From positions 1 through 64,000 of IMG/VR virus record IMGVR_UViG_3300010371_000034: DNA of 64,000 nt, one strand, 5' to 3'. The stretch is from a virus. Positions 10,201 through 18,465 of the stretch are shown in pieces. The translations under genes and the position numbers were made by a program. The notes under the pieces were generated by a model. It did not search any database and had not been told where the DNA came from. It worked only from the letters and a program-made list of their open reading frames with translations. How positions within the stretch are numbered: the stretch's first letter is position 1; every line of letters starts with the position of its first letter.

Positions 10201-10401
10201 GTCGAACGCCCGCTTGAGATCGGCGGTCGGCAGCTTGATCTTGGCCAGCGCATCTGCCATAGCCCGGCCGGTGGCGACGCCGGCCTCCTTGCCGGCGGAG
10301 ACGGCGTCCCCGACGAACCTGGACAGCTTGCGCTCCAGCGCGCCCTGGTCCATGTCCGGCGTGAACACCACCCTCAGGTCGTCGTCGCTAGGTAGCGGCA
10401 C
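7246..10401 (-). CDS. Tape measure protein
   Basis: 1051 aa; coiled-coil N-half and Ala/Gly/Leu amphipathic repeats; follows the tail chaperone. Confidence 0.85.
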   Translation of the reverse strand: MPLPSDDDLRVVFTPDMDQGALERKLSRFVGDAVSAGKEAGVATGRAMADALAKIKLPTADLKRAFDDLGILPDLVERRQDLEKITDELLSQLKVQQDIEKANQSLKNQGSATPAMAEAATRKRLEIEDKIADAMREQSEIEGQLAHSMQNSPRAMRLAAEEKMLDALQQERDKLLEMRALDDPRHEVKRLDIERQIRDVRIEQAAARQSEAGIKRRRDESVEHITRTTVTNLQQTEDQSDPAVIKERVRQENLLAEAHQKYADALEAERKLQAKPAEALDARAEVMREVTKELAKQRSELERQRLLLDPEVVKKRLEFSREESEVAHQRAVAEAQARLDPAAMEETVRRERELLAIREQEAKLREAVEAKHKQPEPQQRAERPKLDIKEVLTSIKKGGLGAGIKSVMSGLLKGVDLPQLVAGALGALKGQGIKGALGAVAGGIAGAGLNVTAGEPRPAQAAKVRAPAGQAPGRVPPAMPSKIGPQAAGEVAGAAMTGGAEAGIGAGAGVAMEAAGGPIGLAELAAQAAAKVGGQLAKIPFKVISGGLNLVNDSLSDLQGPLGPVGAGLNLASKGFDKLADSIEGMPIVSDLLGPVVRELGAMPGALKGMLETLANFAGKASPVQIKLLSYALDDVQAVIGQAFIPVLDMVRDGIRLFGDVLANIIPSTRDVQGALGGLRGAFDDASKIIRDALGAVGPQIRGQFTEMVKLVGDALAKYVPDAAKGMVVVLRTLSELLKPVASLLGTVVSIVTRMVGGTEGLSKSLEAMGRMITDVASYIAGAMKFWDGLSKAVGVLLIIPKTIMQVVGSLTGVSSSGELFTGTLKNIGDALGAVGSAVGFVSDIITGAVGYMVAPVKEGFAAIRSAFGEFGSIFADLKESAGGLLSEVGRLMKDMVGPLVEMVNPLKVVGAMLKNVAGALSYVARQLRSFLESLGLIKPKDKEAAKSGSGAAAREASFQSIDQYQQSLQLAAATTPGEPTHAELPSIANKQLEILQNIQKILDKFTLDGLTQAFRNAIPGPPPALAGFGAGIASGAGGNALLNWLRERLQ

Positions 10402-10948
10402 TCTTCCCCCTCTTCATCCGGCCCCTCAGCCCGCCCTTGCCGTACAGCGGGTTGTCGTCGAGGAACTTCTGCCACAGCTTGTCGATGTCCGCCTCGGCCA
10501 GCCCCAGCTCGCGGTTGGCCCGGTAGGTCGCCTCCTTGAGGCTGATCTTCGGTCCCGTTATCACCCGCATCCCGTTGGCGTCGACCTCGACGCCCTCCGG
10601 CAAGTCGCGGTACCTGCGCTTGAGCCGTCCGTGTTGGTCCCTCGGGTAGAACAGTGCCATCCGGGTCCACGGAGTGTAACCGGCTATCTGCTCCGGCGTC
10701 TTGCCCGCGTACAGAAGCTCCGACACCTGCTCGCAGTAGGTCAGCGGACGGTTCTCGTCCTCTAGTTGAACGTCGCCATCGGCTGCGGACTGGCCGCTTG
10801 CGCCTCGGAGGCGGTTCTTCCAGGTTCTGAGCCGCTCCCGTTCTTCTGCGCCTTCTTTGCCTCCTGGACCAGCCTTGCCTTCTCCGCCTCCAGCTCGGCC
10901 GACCCGTCCTCGTTCGGCTGCTGCTGAGCTGGGGCCTTCGAGTTTCCC
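10388..10948 (-). CDS. Tail assembly chaperone, frameshifted (gpGT-like) extension
   Basis: The -1 frame opens across GGGAAAC and reads KLEGPSS...TPEQIAGYTPW. Confidence 0.7.
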   Translation of the reverse strand, partial: GKLEGPSSAAAERGRVGRAGGGEGKAGPGGKEGAEERERLRTWKNRLRGASGQSAADGDVQLEDENRPLTYCEQVSELLYAGKTPEQIAGYTPWTRMALFYPRDQHGRLKRRYRDLPEGVEVDANGMRVITGPKISLKEATYRANRELGLAEADIDKLWQKFLDDNPLYGKGGLRGRMKRGKSAAT

Positions 10949-11514
10949 ACGATGCCCAGCGCCCACAGGTACGCGGCGAGCGAGTCCTTGGAGTTGGCTA
11001 TCCACGCGTCCCGCGCGGTCTCTTCGGTCACCGAGGCGTCGCACCGCCTGAGCAGCAGGTAGACCAGGTACAGGGCGCCCCAGGTCTTGCCGCGGGCCAG
11101 CCTGACGTGGTTGATCACGTTGGCCCCGTCGTCGTCCCAGTTGTACGCGCCCGCCGAGAAATCCGCCATGTACTGCGCCCGCATCGCGGACGCCTCGGCC
11201 GGGTCGGACTGCTCGATCTCAAGGTAGGCCGACCTGGCCTTGCGGCGCACCTCCTTCTCGAACTGAGCGGTGATCCGATCCTCCAGCGCCGACACCTTCC
11301 ACTCGCGAGCCTTCAGCGGGTTGTTGCACCCCTCGCACGGCTCGCCGGCCAGCCCGTAGGATACCGCGCCGCCGTCGGGGTTCTGCTTCCAGCGGATGCG
11401 CTTGCACCGCGGGCACCACGCCGTGCCGATGGTGGTGCCCCCGAACCCCTCGGAGTTGTTCGGTGGGTTCGCGGCGTATTCGCCCAAGATTTCGCTTCTG
11501 CCGGGGTTGTTCAT
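10762..11514 (-). CDS. Tail assembly chaperone (gpG-like) with Zn-finger
   Basis: Upstream of the TMP; CPRC/CEGC; contains the slippery site. Confidence 0.7.
   Translation of the reverse strand: MNNPGRSEILGEYAANPPNNSEGFGGTTIGTAWCPRCKRIRWKQNPDGGAVSYGLAGEPCEGCNNPLKAREWKVSALEDRITAQFEKEVRRKARSAYLEIEQSDPAEASAMRAQYMADFSAGAYNWDDDGANVINHVRLARGKTWGALYLVYLLLRRCDASVTEETARDAWIANSKDSLAAYLWALGIVGNSKAPAQQQPNEDGSAELEAEKARLVQEAKKAQKNGSGSEPGRTASEAQAASPQPMATFN
10942..10948 (-). promoter_or_regulatory. -1 programmed frameshift site G GGA AAC
   Basis: XXXYYYZ heptamer in codons V-G-N at the position typical of tail chaperones. Confidence 0.75.
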
Positions 11515-11647
11515 TTCAAAACGCTCCTGTAAACTGGTCAATTTCGATCCAGATTGGGGCGAGGCTGCGTCCGAACCGTTCGGGCGAGTAAAATCCCGAA
11601 TCGCTGATGCGGACGCGGCAGAATCGATCCTGGGCGAAACAAACGGG

Positions 11648-12283
11648 CTAGGGATTTTTCCCTATGGTGTCTGGGCACAGGCCGCCCTCCTCGGTCGATA
11701 TCACCTCGCCCCTGGCGTCGACCAGCCGAGGCCCTTGGAAGTGCTTGGAGCAGAAGTACCGCCTGCCGATCACGGCGCGGCGGTCGAACAGGTAGCGGCC
11801 CGACAGCAGCCTGCGGGCGCCCGTCACACTGCCCTCGCTGGGCGTCGCCTCGACCTCGTCGACCACCGACCACGTCGCGTCGGCGGAGCACCGCTCGCAC
11901 CTGCGGAACTCAAATGGCCCGCACTGCTCGGCGGCGATCGGCCTGCCCATCTCCCTGCGCCTGCACGCCGGGCACAGCTCGTCGCCCCGCAGCGTCAGCG
12001 GGCTGGAGCACTTGGCGCACTTGGAGGCGCCCATGTTGATCTGCATCCTGTGGACCGGCTTGCCTGCCGGGACCAGCTTGAACCGCCCCTTGAGCATCAC
12101 TGTCTGGAAGCCAATCTCGCCGCCTGGGCACACCTGCGTCAGCCGCTCGCCCCTGTCGTTGAACCGGTACGCCTCGGCTTGGCCGAGCTCCTCGTCGACC
12201 CACAAGACGCCGCGGATCGGGCGGCCTGTGTCCAGGTCCACCACCCGCGCCTTCACTCGCAGCTGTCCGGCGTAGATTCGCAT
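11648..12283 (-). CDS. Hypothetical protein with Cys motifs
   Basis: CAKC, CPAC, CERC, CSKH. Confidence 0.6.
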   Translation of the reverse strand: MRIYAGQLRVKARVVDLDTGRPIRGVLWVDEELGQAEAYRFNDRGERLTQVCPGGEIGFQTVMLKGRFKLVPAGKPVHRMQINMGASKCAKCSSPLTLRGDELCPACRRREMGRPIAAEQCGPFEFRRCERCSADATWSVVDEVEATPSEGSVTGARRLLSGRYLFDRRAVIGRRYFCSKHFQGPRLVDARGEVISTEEGGLCPDTIGKNP

Positions 12284-12285
12284 TG

Positions 12286-12555
12286 CTATTCCTTATCGCT
12301 TCGCGTCATCTCGACCTTGACGATGATTCCATACCGTTGCTCGCATGGCGTTAGCACCACATCGACGGTTGTTTCGGTCACGGCACTAACGATGTCGGTG
12401 AGGTCCGCTTGCACACCGTTTATCGTCATGATGGCACGGAAATCGACGAGGAATGCTTGAGCTGGATACTTGCCGTCCATTAAGACTTTGATGGTCCAGA
12501 ATTCCGAACCACCAAAGGCAATGTCTGAGACTCGGCCTTTGATCGATGGATGCAT
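12286..12555 (-). CDS. Hypothetical protein
   Basis: ATG at 12555 with RBS CAGGAG. Confidence 0.6.
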   Translation of the reverse strand: MHPSIKGRVSDIAFGGSEFWTIKVLMDGKYPAQAFLVDFRAIMTINGVQADLTDIVSAVTETTVDVVLTPCEQRYGIIVKVEMTRSDKE

Positions 12556-12579
12556 TTTCAATCTCCTGTTTGCCCTTTG

Positions 12580-12617
12580 AAAAAAGCCGCACCACCGCGC
12601 CATGTCGGCAGTGCGGC
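12580..12617 (-). terminator. Intrinsic terminator
   Basis: GCCGCAC...GTGCGGC stem followed by TTTTTT. Confidence 0.7.
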
Positions 12618-12687
12618 CGCGGAAACCTGCTCTCGCAGGAGATTGGATCACCTCCTTTCGAGAACCTTCTTCACGCACGCCTGAATG

Positions 12688-13101
12688 TCAGCGGAACCTA
12701 CCGAATATCCTGAACCGGCCGCTGCCGCACGATCCTCCCGCGCATGCGTCGCCCGCCGACTGGTTTAGCATCATCGGCGCGGTTTGCTGCTGCGGGGGCA
12801 GAGTCGCCTGGAACGTCTGCGGGGCGCCCCACGCGGTCGGCGGTTGCGCGACCAGCGTCACCTGCCTGGCGTTGGCCAGCGCGTCGATCTTGGAGGATAT
12901 CTCGGCCAGCTTGTCGTTGACTGACTTGATGTCATCCTTCTGCTGCGCGATGGCAGCGTTGACCGCTGCAAGGCCAGCCTCCAGGGACGCCTGGCTCTTG
13001 GCCAAGTTTTGCAATCGGAACGATATGTTGTCGGCGTCGTCCTGCCCGAAGGCAGACAGCGGCAGGGCGAACAGTGTCAACAATGCGATTACTTTCTTCA
13101 T
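12688..13101 (-). CDS. Secreted coiled-coil protein
   Basis: Signal peptide MKKVIALLTLFALPLSAFG; C-terminal CAGGSC...RFRIFGRFR. Confidence 0.7.
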   Translation of the reverse strand: MKKVIALLTLFALPLSAFGQDDADNISFRLQNLAKSQASLEAGLAAVNAAIAQQKDDIKSVNDKLAEISSKIDALANARQVTLVAQPPTAWGAPQTFQATLPPQQQTAPMMLNQSAGDACAGGSCGSGRFRIFGRFR

Positions 13102-13682
13102 GGTACCTCCAGCACGGCCAGCTGCCCACCGTTTACCACCCGCAGCGCGGACGACTTCTTCTGCGGGACGAAGTTGCCTATGATCCGGTTCTGCTGCTCG
13201 ATCCGGTCGAGCATGGTGCCCTGGTCCTTCCTGATGTCGGCGATGGCCTTCTCAAGCGCGTCGACCTGCTTCTTGAGCGGGTCGAACACCGCACCGGCGT
13301 CCTTGAGCTTGGCGTCGGCCTTGGGCGGAGCGATCTTCTCCTGCGCCGGTGCCTGCTCTGGCTTGACCTCGACCTTGACCGGTATCTGCTGAACAGGTGC
13401 CGGCGGGTTGATCGCCTTCTGGATCATTCCGCCGGCCGTGCCGATGATCGAGCAGACCAGTATGATGGTGGGCCAATACTGCTTGAGCGTCGGCCACATC
13501 TTGCCGGCCTGATCGACGAGGAAGTCCACTTGCTCCTGGGTAAGTGCGACCTTGGGAGCGTCGTGGTCGGTCTCAGGCACGCCGGCTGGCAGGCTGACGG
13601 TGTTCTCGACGTGGTGCACCGGGGGCGAGTCGGTGTCTGGTTGATCGTTGGTCGGTTGGTCCGGTACCTGTACCCATCCCAT
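13098..13682 (-). CDS. Single-TM coiled-coil membrane protein (spanin-like position)
   Basis: TM segment YWPTIILVCSIIGTAGGMI. Confidence 0.6.
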   Translation of the reverse strand: MGWVQVPDQPTNDQPDTDSPPVHHVENTVSLPAGVPETDHDAPKVALTQEQVDFLVDQAGKMWPTLKQYWPTIILVCSIIGTAGGMIQKAINPPAPVQQIPVKVEVKPEQAPAQEKIAPPKADAKLKDAGAVFDPLKKQVDALEKAIADIRKDQGTMLDRIEQQNRIIGNFVPQKKSSALRVVNGGQLAVLEVP

Positions 13683-13781
13683 GTGTTGCTCCTGTGAAAG
13701 TGGAAGGTGATGTGCGGGCGGCCTTCGCCGGTCGGTCCGCCAAGACTCCGGCTCCGGACGCCCGCGGTGATAGTGACCGCT

Positions 13782-14885
13782 TCATGGCCCGGTGATGATC
13801 GCCATGATCTGCTGGATCAGGGCAACCAGCTTTGTCGGGTCCGCGCCCGAGGAGAACCAGCCGAACACCAGCATGGCGATCTGGATCAGTTTGAGGAAGT
13901 TGATCTTGCCGACCGGGCTGCCGTGGCTGCTGACATAGTCGGCCACGCCGATCTCGACGTTCTGCCTGACCATCGGCGGCACCGGCATGTTGAGGAACGC
14001 CAGGAAGTCATTGATGAGCTGCGGCAGCTTGCTCATGTCGACGTTCCAGCCCGTCCCGCCGCCAGCGACGAATGTGCCGTCGGTGTTGAAGGTGATGCTC
14101 GCGGGAAGCGCGGTCGGCCACGTGCCGGGCGCCGGAGGAACCGGAGGCGTGGGCGGGGTAGGAGGTGTCGGTGGAACCGGAGGGGTCAGTGGCGGCACTC
14201 CTACCGTAGTGGGGTTGCGTACCCAAGCCTCGACGCAGGTGGACATGATCCACTTGTGGTCGACGAATCCGATGGTGCTCCAGGTGTACAGCAGGTAGCC
14301 CGGCTGAGACGCCGACAGGGCACTGGGCAGCGGGACTCCGAGCTGCTGGTAGAGCCAACCGGCCGGTCCGTATCCGCATAGCGCGACGCAGTGGTCGGTG
14401 TTGGGGAAGTTGCCGTGACCCAGCGAGTACCAGCCCTGGTTGTTGCCGGCGCCCGACGGTAGCGCGTTGGCATCGATGGCAATCTTGACCGGACCTTGGC
14501 TGATGGCGGACTGCAGCACCGTCTCGTTGCTGTAATCGACACCGGAGTACTTGCCATCATTGTATTGTTGTGAGCCAACCACGAACCCGTCGTTCTGCAT
14601 CATGTCCATTACTTGCGATAGGTCCGCGCCGTTCAGGACTCCATGCTTGCTGGCCCACGCCGTGACGGTGGCGGTCGGGATGAAGATTTCAGGCTGGTAG
14701 GTCGCCTTGGCGAACGCTTCCTCGGCCGTCACGCAGTCGCCGTACTGGTCGTTGCCCCACATGTCCAGCTTCTGCGGAATCCAGGCCCACTGTGGGGGCG
14801 GGGCCTTGATCACGGTGTGTGGGTGCGCCGCCAGCAGCTTGTGCCGCGGCGACTTGAGGGCGCCCCTCATGAGTTGGTTTGCCAT
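13782..14885 (-). CDS. Papain-like cysteine peptidase (candidate lysin)
   Basis: GNDQYGDCVTA (Cys), DHCVALCGY (His), YTWS; Pro/Thr linker and amphipathic tail. Confidence 0.7.
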   Translation of the reverse strand: MANQLMRGALKSPRHKLLAAHPHTVIKAPPPQWAWIPQKLDMWGNDQYGDCVTAEEAFAKATYQPEIFIPTATVTAWASKHGVLNGADLSQVMDMMQNDGFVVGSQQYNDGKYSGVDYSNETVLQSAISQGPVKIAIDANALPSGAGNNQGWYSLGHGNFPNTDHCVALCGYGPAGWLYQQLGVPLPSALSASQPGYLLYTWSTIGFVDHKWIMSTCVEAWVRNPTTVGVPPLTPPVPPTPPTPPTPPVPPAPGTWPTALPASITFNTDGTFVAGGGTGWNVDMSKLPQLINDFLAFLNMPVPPMVRQNVEIGVADYVSSHGSPVGKINFLKLIQIAMLVFGWFSSGADPTKLVALIQQIMAIITGP

Positions 14886-14907
14886 TTTGTCGCTCCTGTT
14901 GGTTAGG

Positions 14908-15486
14908 TTAGTGGTTGTTGTCGCTGTCCTTGACCTCTTGATGGTCTGGGTTGTCCTGCTGGTTTACTACCTCCAGCGTCACCTTCGGCGTGTCCCGGTC
15001 TCGTTGCAACCGATCGATCACGCGATCGATGTTCTCGACCTTGAGCCCCATCGCTATGGCCAGCGCCTTGATCTCGTCCAGGTCGCGCTTGAACTTGTTG
15101 CCGGGATCAGAATCCCACGCGTCCAGCTTCTTGAGGCTGAGCGTCTGGTTCTCAAGGTGCTGAGTCTGCTTGACCTGCTCCTCGGTCTGGCGTTTGGACT
15201 CCTCGGTCTGCCGCCTCGATTCCTGAAGCAGTTCCGACACGTCCTCGACCATCTTCTTTGGCAGGGTCTCGCGCAGCATCCGCTCCCGCTCCGAGGCCGC
15301 CAGCAGCTTGGCCTCGCTCATCCGGTTGCGCTGCTGGCACTCCTCCTCGGCCAGCTCGACGCTCAGCAGCCGCTTGGACAGGCTCGCGATGTCCTTGTCG
15401 TTGACCCTCTTGACCAGATAGGTAGCGGCCGCGCTCAGCAATCCCGTTACGGCTGCTCCTATCGCTATCCATGCTCCGGCATCCAT
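14908..15486 (-). CDS. N-terminal TM coiled-coil protein (holin-like)
   Basis: WIAIGAAVTGLLSAAATYLV followed by coiled coil. Confidence 0.55.
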   Translation of the reverse strand: MDAGAWIAIGAAVTGLLSAAATYLVKRVNDKDIASLSKRLLSVELAEEECQQRNRMSEAKLLAASERERMLRETLPKKMVEDVSELLQESRRQTEESKRQTEEQVKQTQHLENQTLSLKKLDAWDSDPGNKFKRDLDEIKALAIAMGLKVENIDRVIDRLQRDRDTPKVTLEVVNQQDNPDHQEVKDSDNNH

Positions 15487-15540
15487 ATGCGCCTCCGCGT
15501 GTGTCGATACGGGCGACTCGTCGGTATCGCGCGGAGAATC

Positions 15541-16254
15541 TCACACCGAGCCGGACGGGAAGGCGAAGATGCCCTGGTTCATGTACCCGCAGGTGAACGT
15601 CACCGCGTTGGCTCCGGAGCAGTCCGCCCCGGTCGAGCTGGTGCGGATACGCATGAAGGGGAACGACCAGGGCGTGATCGCGTCGATGATCGACGTGTAG
15701 AACTCGACACCCGTCAGGTCGTCGCGCGGGTACAGGCCCGGCGGCGTCGCGCCCGTCAGGTCTTCGGGGTTGAGGTGGGCGTCCCAGTTGCCGCCGAAGT
15801 CTCCCGCGCAGCCGATGAAGCCCAGGATGCCCTCGTTGTACGCCTGCTCGGTCGCCAGGTCGAAGTCCTCGAAGTTGTTGGTGACGATGTCGTCGCCCGT
15901 CACGTTGACCACCCAGCTGGTGTAGGCCAGCGCCGTGCCGCCGATCGAGATGCGGCTGCTCTTGGATGCTCTTTGATACGCGGAATCCACTGTTACCAGT
16001 GGCGCAGACTATACATTCACCTGACCGTGGCGGGGAGAAGCCGCTTCACTCTTCTAGGTCAGGGCCGGCGTGTTATGGCTTTCGCCATCCAAGGTTCTCA
16101 CCCTTGAGTCGTTACGGGGATCGTCGGGCACTCGATCTTACCCACGGGATTGCCGCTGGTCGTACAGTACGGTTCCCCCGTTTTGAGCCGGTCGTCGTGC
16201 TGAGTCACCCCAACACCGGGCTGTCACTCAACCCGTTGCTAAAATTTCGGCCAT
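15541..16254 (-). CDS. Tail tube protein, spliced (exons 16231-16254 and 15541-15978)
   Basis: RBS GGAGGG, ATG 16254; joined reading MAEILATG|YQRASKSSRISIGG, 153 aa. Tube-like composition and position. Confidence 0.75.
15979..16230 (-). ncRNA. Group I self-splicing intron, 252 nt, no ORF
   Basis: P1 CGGGU/GCCCG with U-G at the 5' splice site; P CAAAACGGGGGAA; Q GGCAATCCCGTG; R TAACGACT; S TGTATAGTC; P9 CCACTG-GTAA-CAGTGG; terminal G. Confidence 0.88.
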
Positions 16255-16258
16255 GTAG

Positions 16259-16498
16259 TTACCCTCCACTTTTCTTGGCTGTTCGTTTAGCGGCTCCTGC
16301 CCGTAAGTTAGCGAGGGCTTCCGGTCCACGCCTCATACCACGCAATTTTGCGACCCTCTTGGCAACGGTCTCGGCTGATTGCTTCTTGCCAAGAGCCCTT
16401 TGCCGTAACATCTCTATCTGTTCTGGTGTCTTCTTCAGCTTGTTTTTGTGCTCCTCCGACAATTTCCGGCCCGTTAGTTTCTGCCTTATCGCCTCAAT
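16259..16498 (-). pseudogene. NUMOD3-type homing endonuclease remnant
   Basis: GRKLSEEHKNKL, GKKQSAETVAKR repeats; lower GC; no catalytic domain. Confidence 0.7.
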
Positions 16499-16499
16499 G

Positions 16500-17435
16500 T
16501 CAACTGGTCGCGCCGAACACGTCCACCTCGAAGGTGATCGCGTTGGTCCCGTCCAGGTTGATCAGCTTGATGTTCTCGTGAGTCGAGTCGATGGTCACGA
16601 AGCCTGCGGCGATCGGATCGGCGTATCCGGTGAACCCGCCGGTCGCGACCGTCCGCTGACCGACCTCGACGCTGGGTACCGTCGCGCCGGTGTAGCCTGC
16701 ACCGCCCGCGATCAGCGTGACGGTGGTCGGCACTCCGGAGCCGTTGGTGACCACTCCCACCGTGCAGCCGGAGCCGCCGGCCTGCGTCGGGGAGACCAGG
16801 AACGAGCTGCTCTTGGGGTATCCGGTGCCGGCCGCGCCGATCGACACCGCGGACACCGCCCCGGCCGCGGTCAGGTCGAGCGTCAGGCCGGAGCCCGTGC
16901 TGCCGAAGATCGCCGCCGGAGTCGCCGGCCCGATGTTGGTGACCGCCCCTATCGACGTGGCGGTGGGCGGCGGGGATATGGTCGGGTCATCGGTGGCCGA
17001 CAGGAGGCGGAACGCGCAGCCCTTGATCCTGGCCAACGTCACAGCGGTGCGGCCGATGATGTCGGTCATCCCGTTGAGGTTGACCGTCGCCGAGCCGCCC
17101 GCGACCACTCCCTGCTGGAAAGAGAAGAACTCGTCGCATCCTCCGCTCTGGGCGTTGGTCGCTTGAGTGCCCAGCGACTGCCTCTTGTTGATCGTGCCGG
17201 TGTTGGTGGTCGGCGAGTAGGCCACGCCCGTAAGAGCCACCTGCGCGTTCCAGCTGATCGACAGGCCCAGCGAGCCGGTCAGGGCGGACAGCCCGGTGAA
17301 ACGCATCCTGCGAGCCTTGCGGCGGAACTTGCGCCACCGCCTGGGCTCGCGCTTCGGCGGAACCGCCGAGCAGTCCAGTTCGGCATGGTCCAGCAGCAGC
17401 AGTTCTCCCCTGCTATGTTCAACGATGTCGAGCAT
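16500..17435 (-). CDS. Virion structural protein
   Basis: Gly/Thr/Ala-rich beta-type protein in the tail module. Confidence 0.6.
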   Translation of the reverse strand: MLDIVEHSRGELLLLDHAELDCSAVPPKREPRRWRKFRRKARRMRFTGLSALTGSLGLSISWNAQVALTGVAYSPTTNTGTINKRQSLGTQATNAQSGGCDEFFSFQQGVVAGGSATVNLNGMTDIIGRTAVTLARIKGCAFRLLSATDDPTISPPPTATSIGAVTNIGPATPAAIFGSTGSGLTLDLTAAGAVSAVSIGAAGTGYPKSSSFLVSPTQAGGSGCTVGVVTNGSGVPTTVTLIAGGAGYTGATVPSVEVGQRTVATGGFTGYADPIAAGFVTIDSTHENIKLINLDGTNAITFEVDVFGATS

Positions 17436-17489
17436 TGATGATTCTCCGCGTTGGTGTGTTGTTGTGTGGTGGTGGTGATGTTGACCGGT

Positions 17490-17945
17490 TCAGCTCTCCG
17501 GGTCGATCGTGGGTTCGTCCGCGTCGGTGGCAGATGTCGGCTGCGCCACTGGTAACTGCTCCTTCTTCTCCTCGCAGCAGTGGCAGCTGTGCATCGCCCT
17601 GGCGGTCGGATCGATCTTGACGCCTGGGTAGTGCAGCGTCGCGCCGGTGGTCGGATCGGAGATGTCCAGGTTGAGCGATCCGTCCTCGTTGACGGCGGTC
17701 ACCACCGCGTCCCAGGGCTTGTGGCAGTGCAGCGGCACCAGCTTGGCCCGCTCGTTGGCGGCGTGGCTCGCCGGCTGCTTCTTGATGTGCTTGAGCTTGA
17801 GCAGCGCCTCGTCCTGGGTCAGTTGCTTGACGTTCTTGCCCTCCTTCCAGCCGAACACGAACGGGAAGCCGTCCTTGTTCATCTGGTGGGCGTGGATCGA
17901 ATGCGGAACGTACTTCACCTTGTCGCCGACTTTCGATGGTGCCAT
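17490..17945 (-). CDS. Hypothetical protein
   Basis: MAPSKVGDKVKY...AVVTAVNEDGSLNL; RBS GGGAG. Confidence 0.65.
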   Translation of the reverse strand: MAPSKVGDKVKYVPHSIHAHQMNKDGFPFVFGWKEGKNVKQLTQDEALLKLKHIKKQPASHAANERAKLVPLHCHKPWDAVVTAVNEDGSLNLDISDPTTGATLHYPGVKIDPTARAMHSCHCCEEKKEQLPVAQPTSATDADEPTIDPES

Positions 17946-17955
17946 GTCAGTCTCC

Positions 17956-18465
17956 CTATGATGATGTCGGCGCGTTGGTGTGCACCGAGCAGGTCCAGTA
18001 AGTGTCTCCGCGGTAGAGGAACTCCGACGTTGCGGTCCTAAGCTCGGCATCCTGCCAGCATCCATATGTGACCAGCGTCATCTGGATGATGTAGTTCGGG
18101 TTGCCGGGCGGCCCGCCTATGTTCACGTTGGTGTAGACCGCCACCTGCTTCTCAAACGCCTCCTCTATCCAGTTCATCACCTTCTCGGCGTCGGCCCTCG
18201 TGGTGGCCCACACCTTTACCATGATCGTCCCGTCGTCCTTGGCCGCGTCGGCGCCCAGCACGTGCTCCCGCGTGAACCCCGGCTCCTGCATCGCCAGCAT
18301 CACCACCGGCCAGCTGCCCACCTGGTTGCTGGGGCCTACGGGGTGGCCGCTCTCGTCGAACCTGGGCACCTCGCCGTCCCACACGCTGAATGCGTCGGTC
18401 TCGGCGTTGGCCGCCAGTATCGGCGACAGGTAGTTGATCAGCCCGGCTATGGTCGGCGGTATCAA
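17956..18465 (-). CDS. Tail terminator/completion protein
   Basis: Position in the neck module; WPVV...VKVWATTRADAEKV pattern. Confidence 0.6.
   Translation of the reverse strand: MIPPTIAGLINYLSPILAANAETDAFSVWDGEVPRFDESGHPVGPSNQVGSWPVVMLAMQEPGFTREHVLGADAAKDDGTIMVKVWATTRADAEKVMNWIEEAFEKQVAVYTNVNIGGPPGNPNYIIQMTLVTYGCWQDAELRTATSEFLYRGDTYWTCSVHTNAPTSS

Noticed and set aside
12644-12659. 16S rRNA gene fragment
   Set aside because: Only 16 nt match and the flanks are not rRNA-like; treated as an SD-type element instead.
15541-15990. Tail tube start at GTG 15990
   Set aside because: No RBS, and it lies in intron P9; the spliced start at 16254 fits better.
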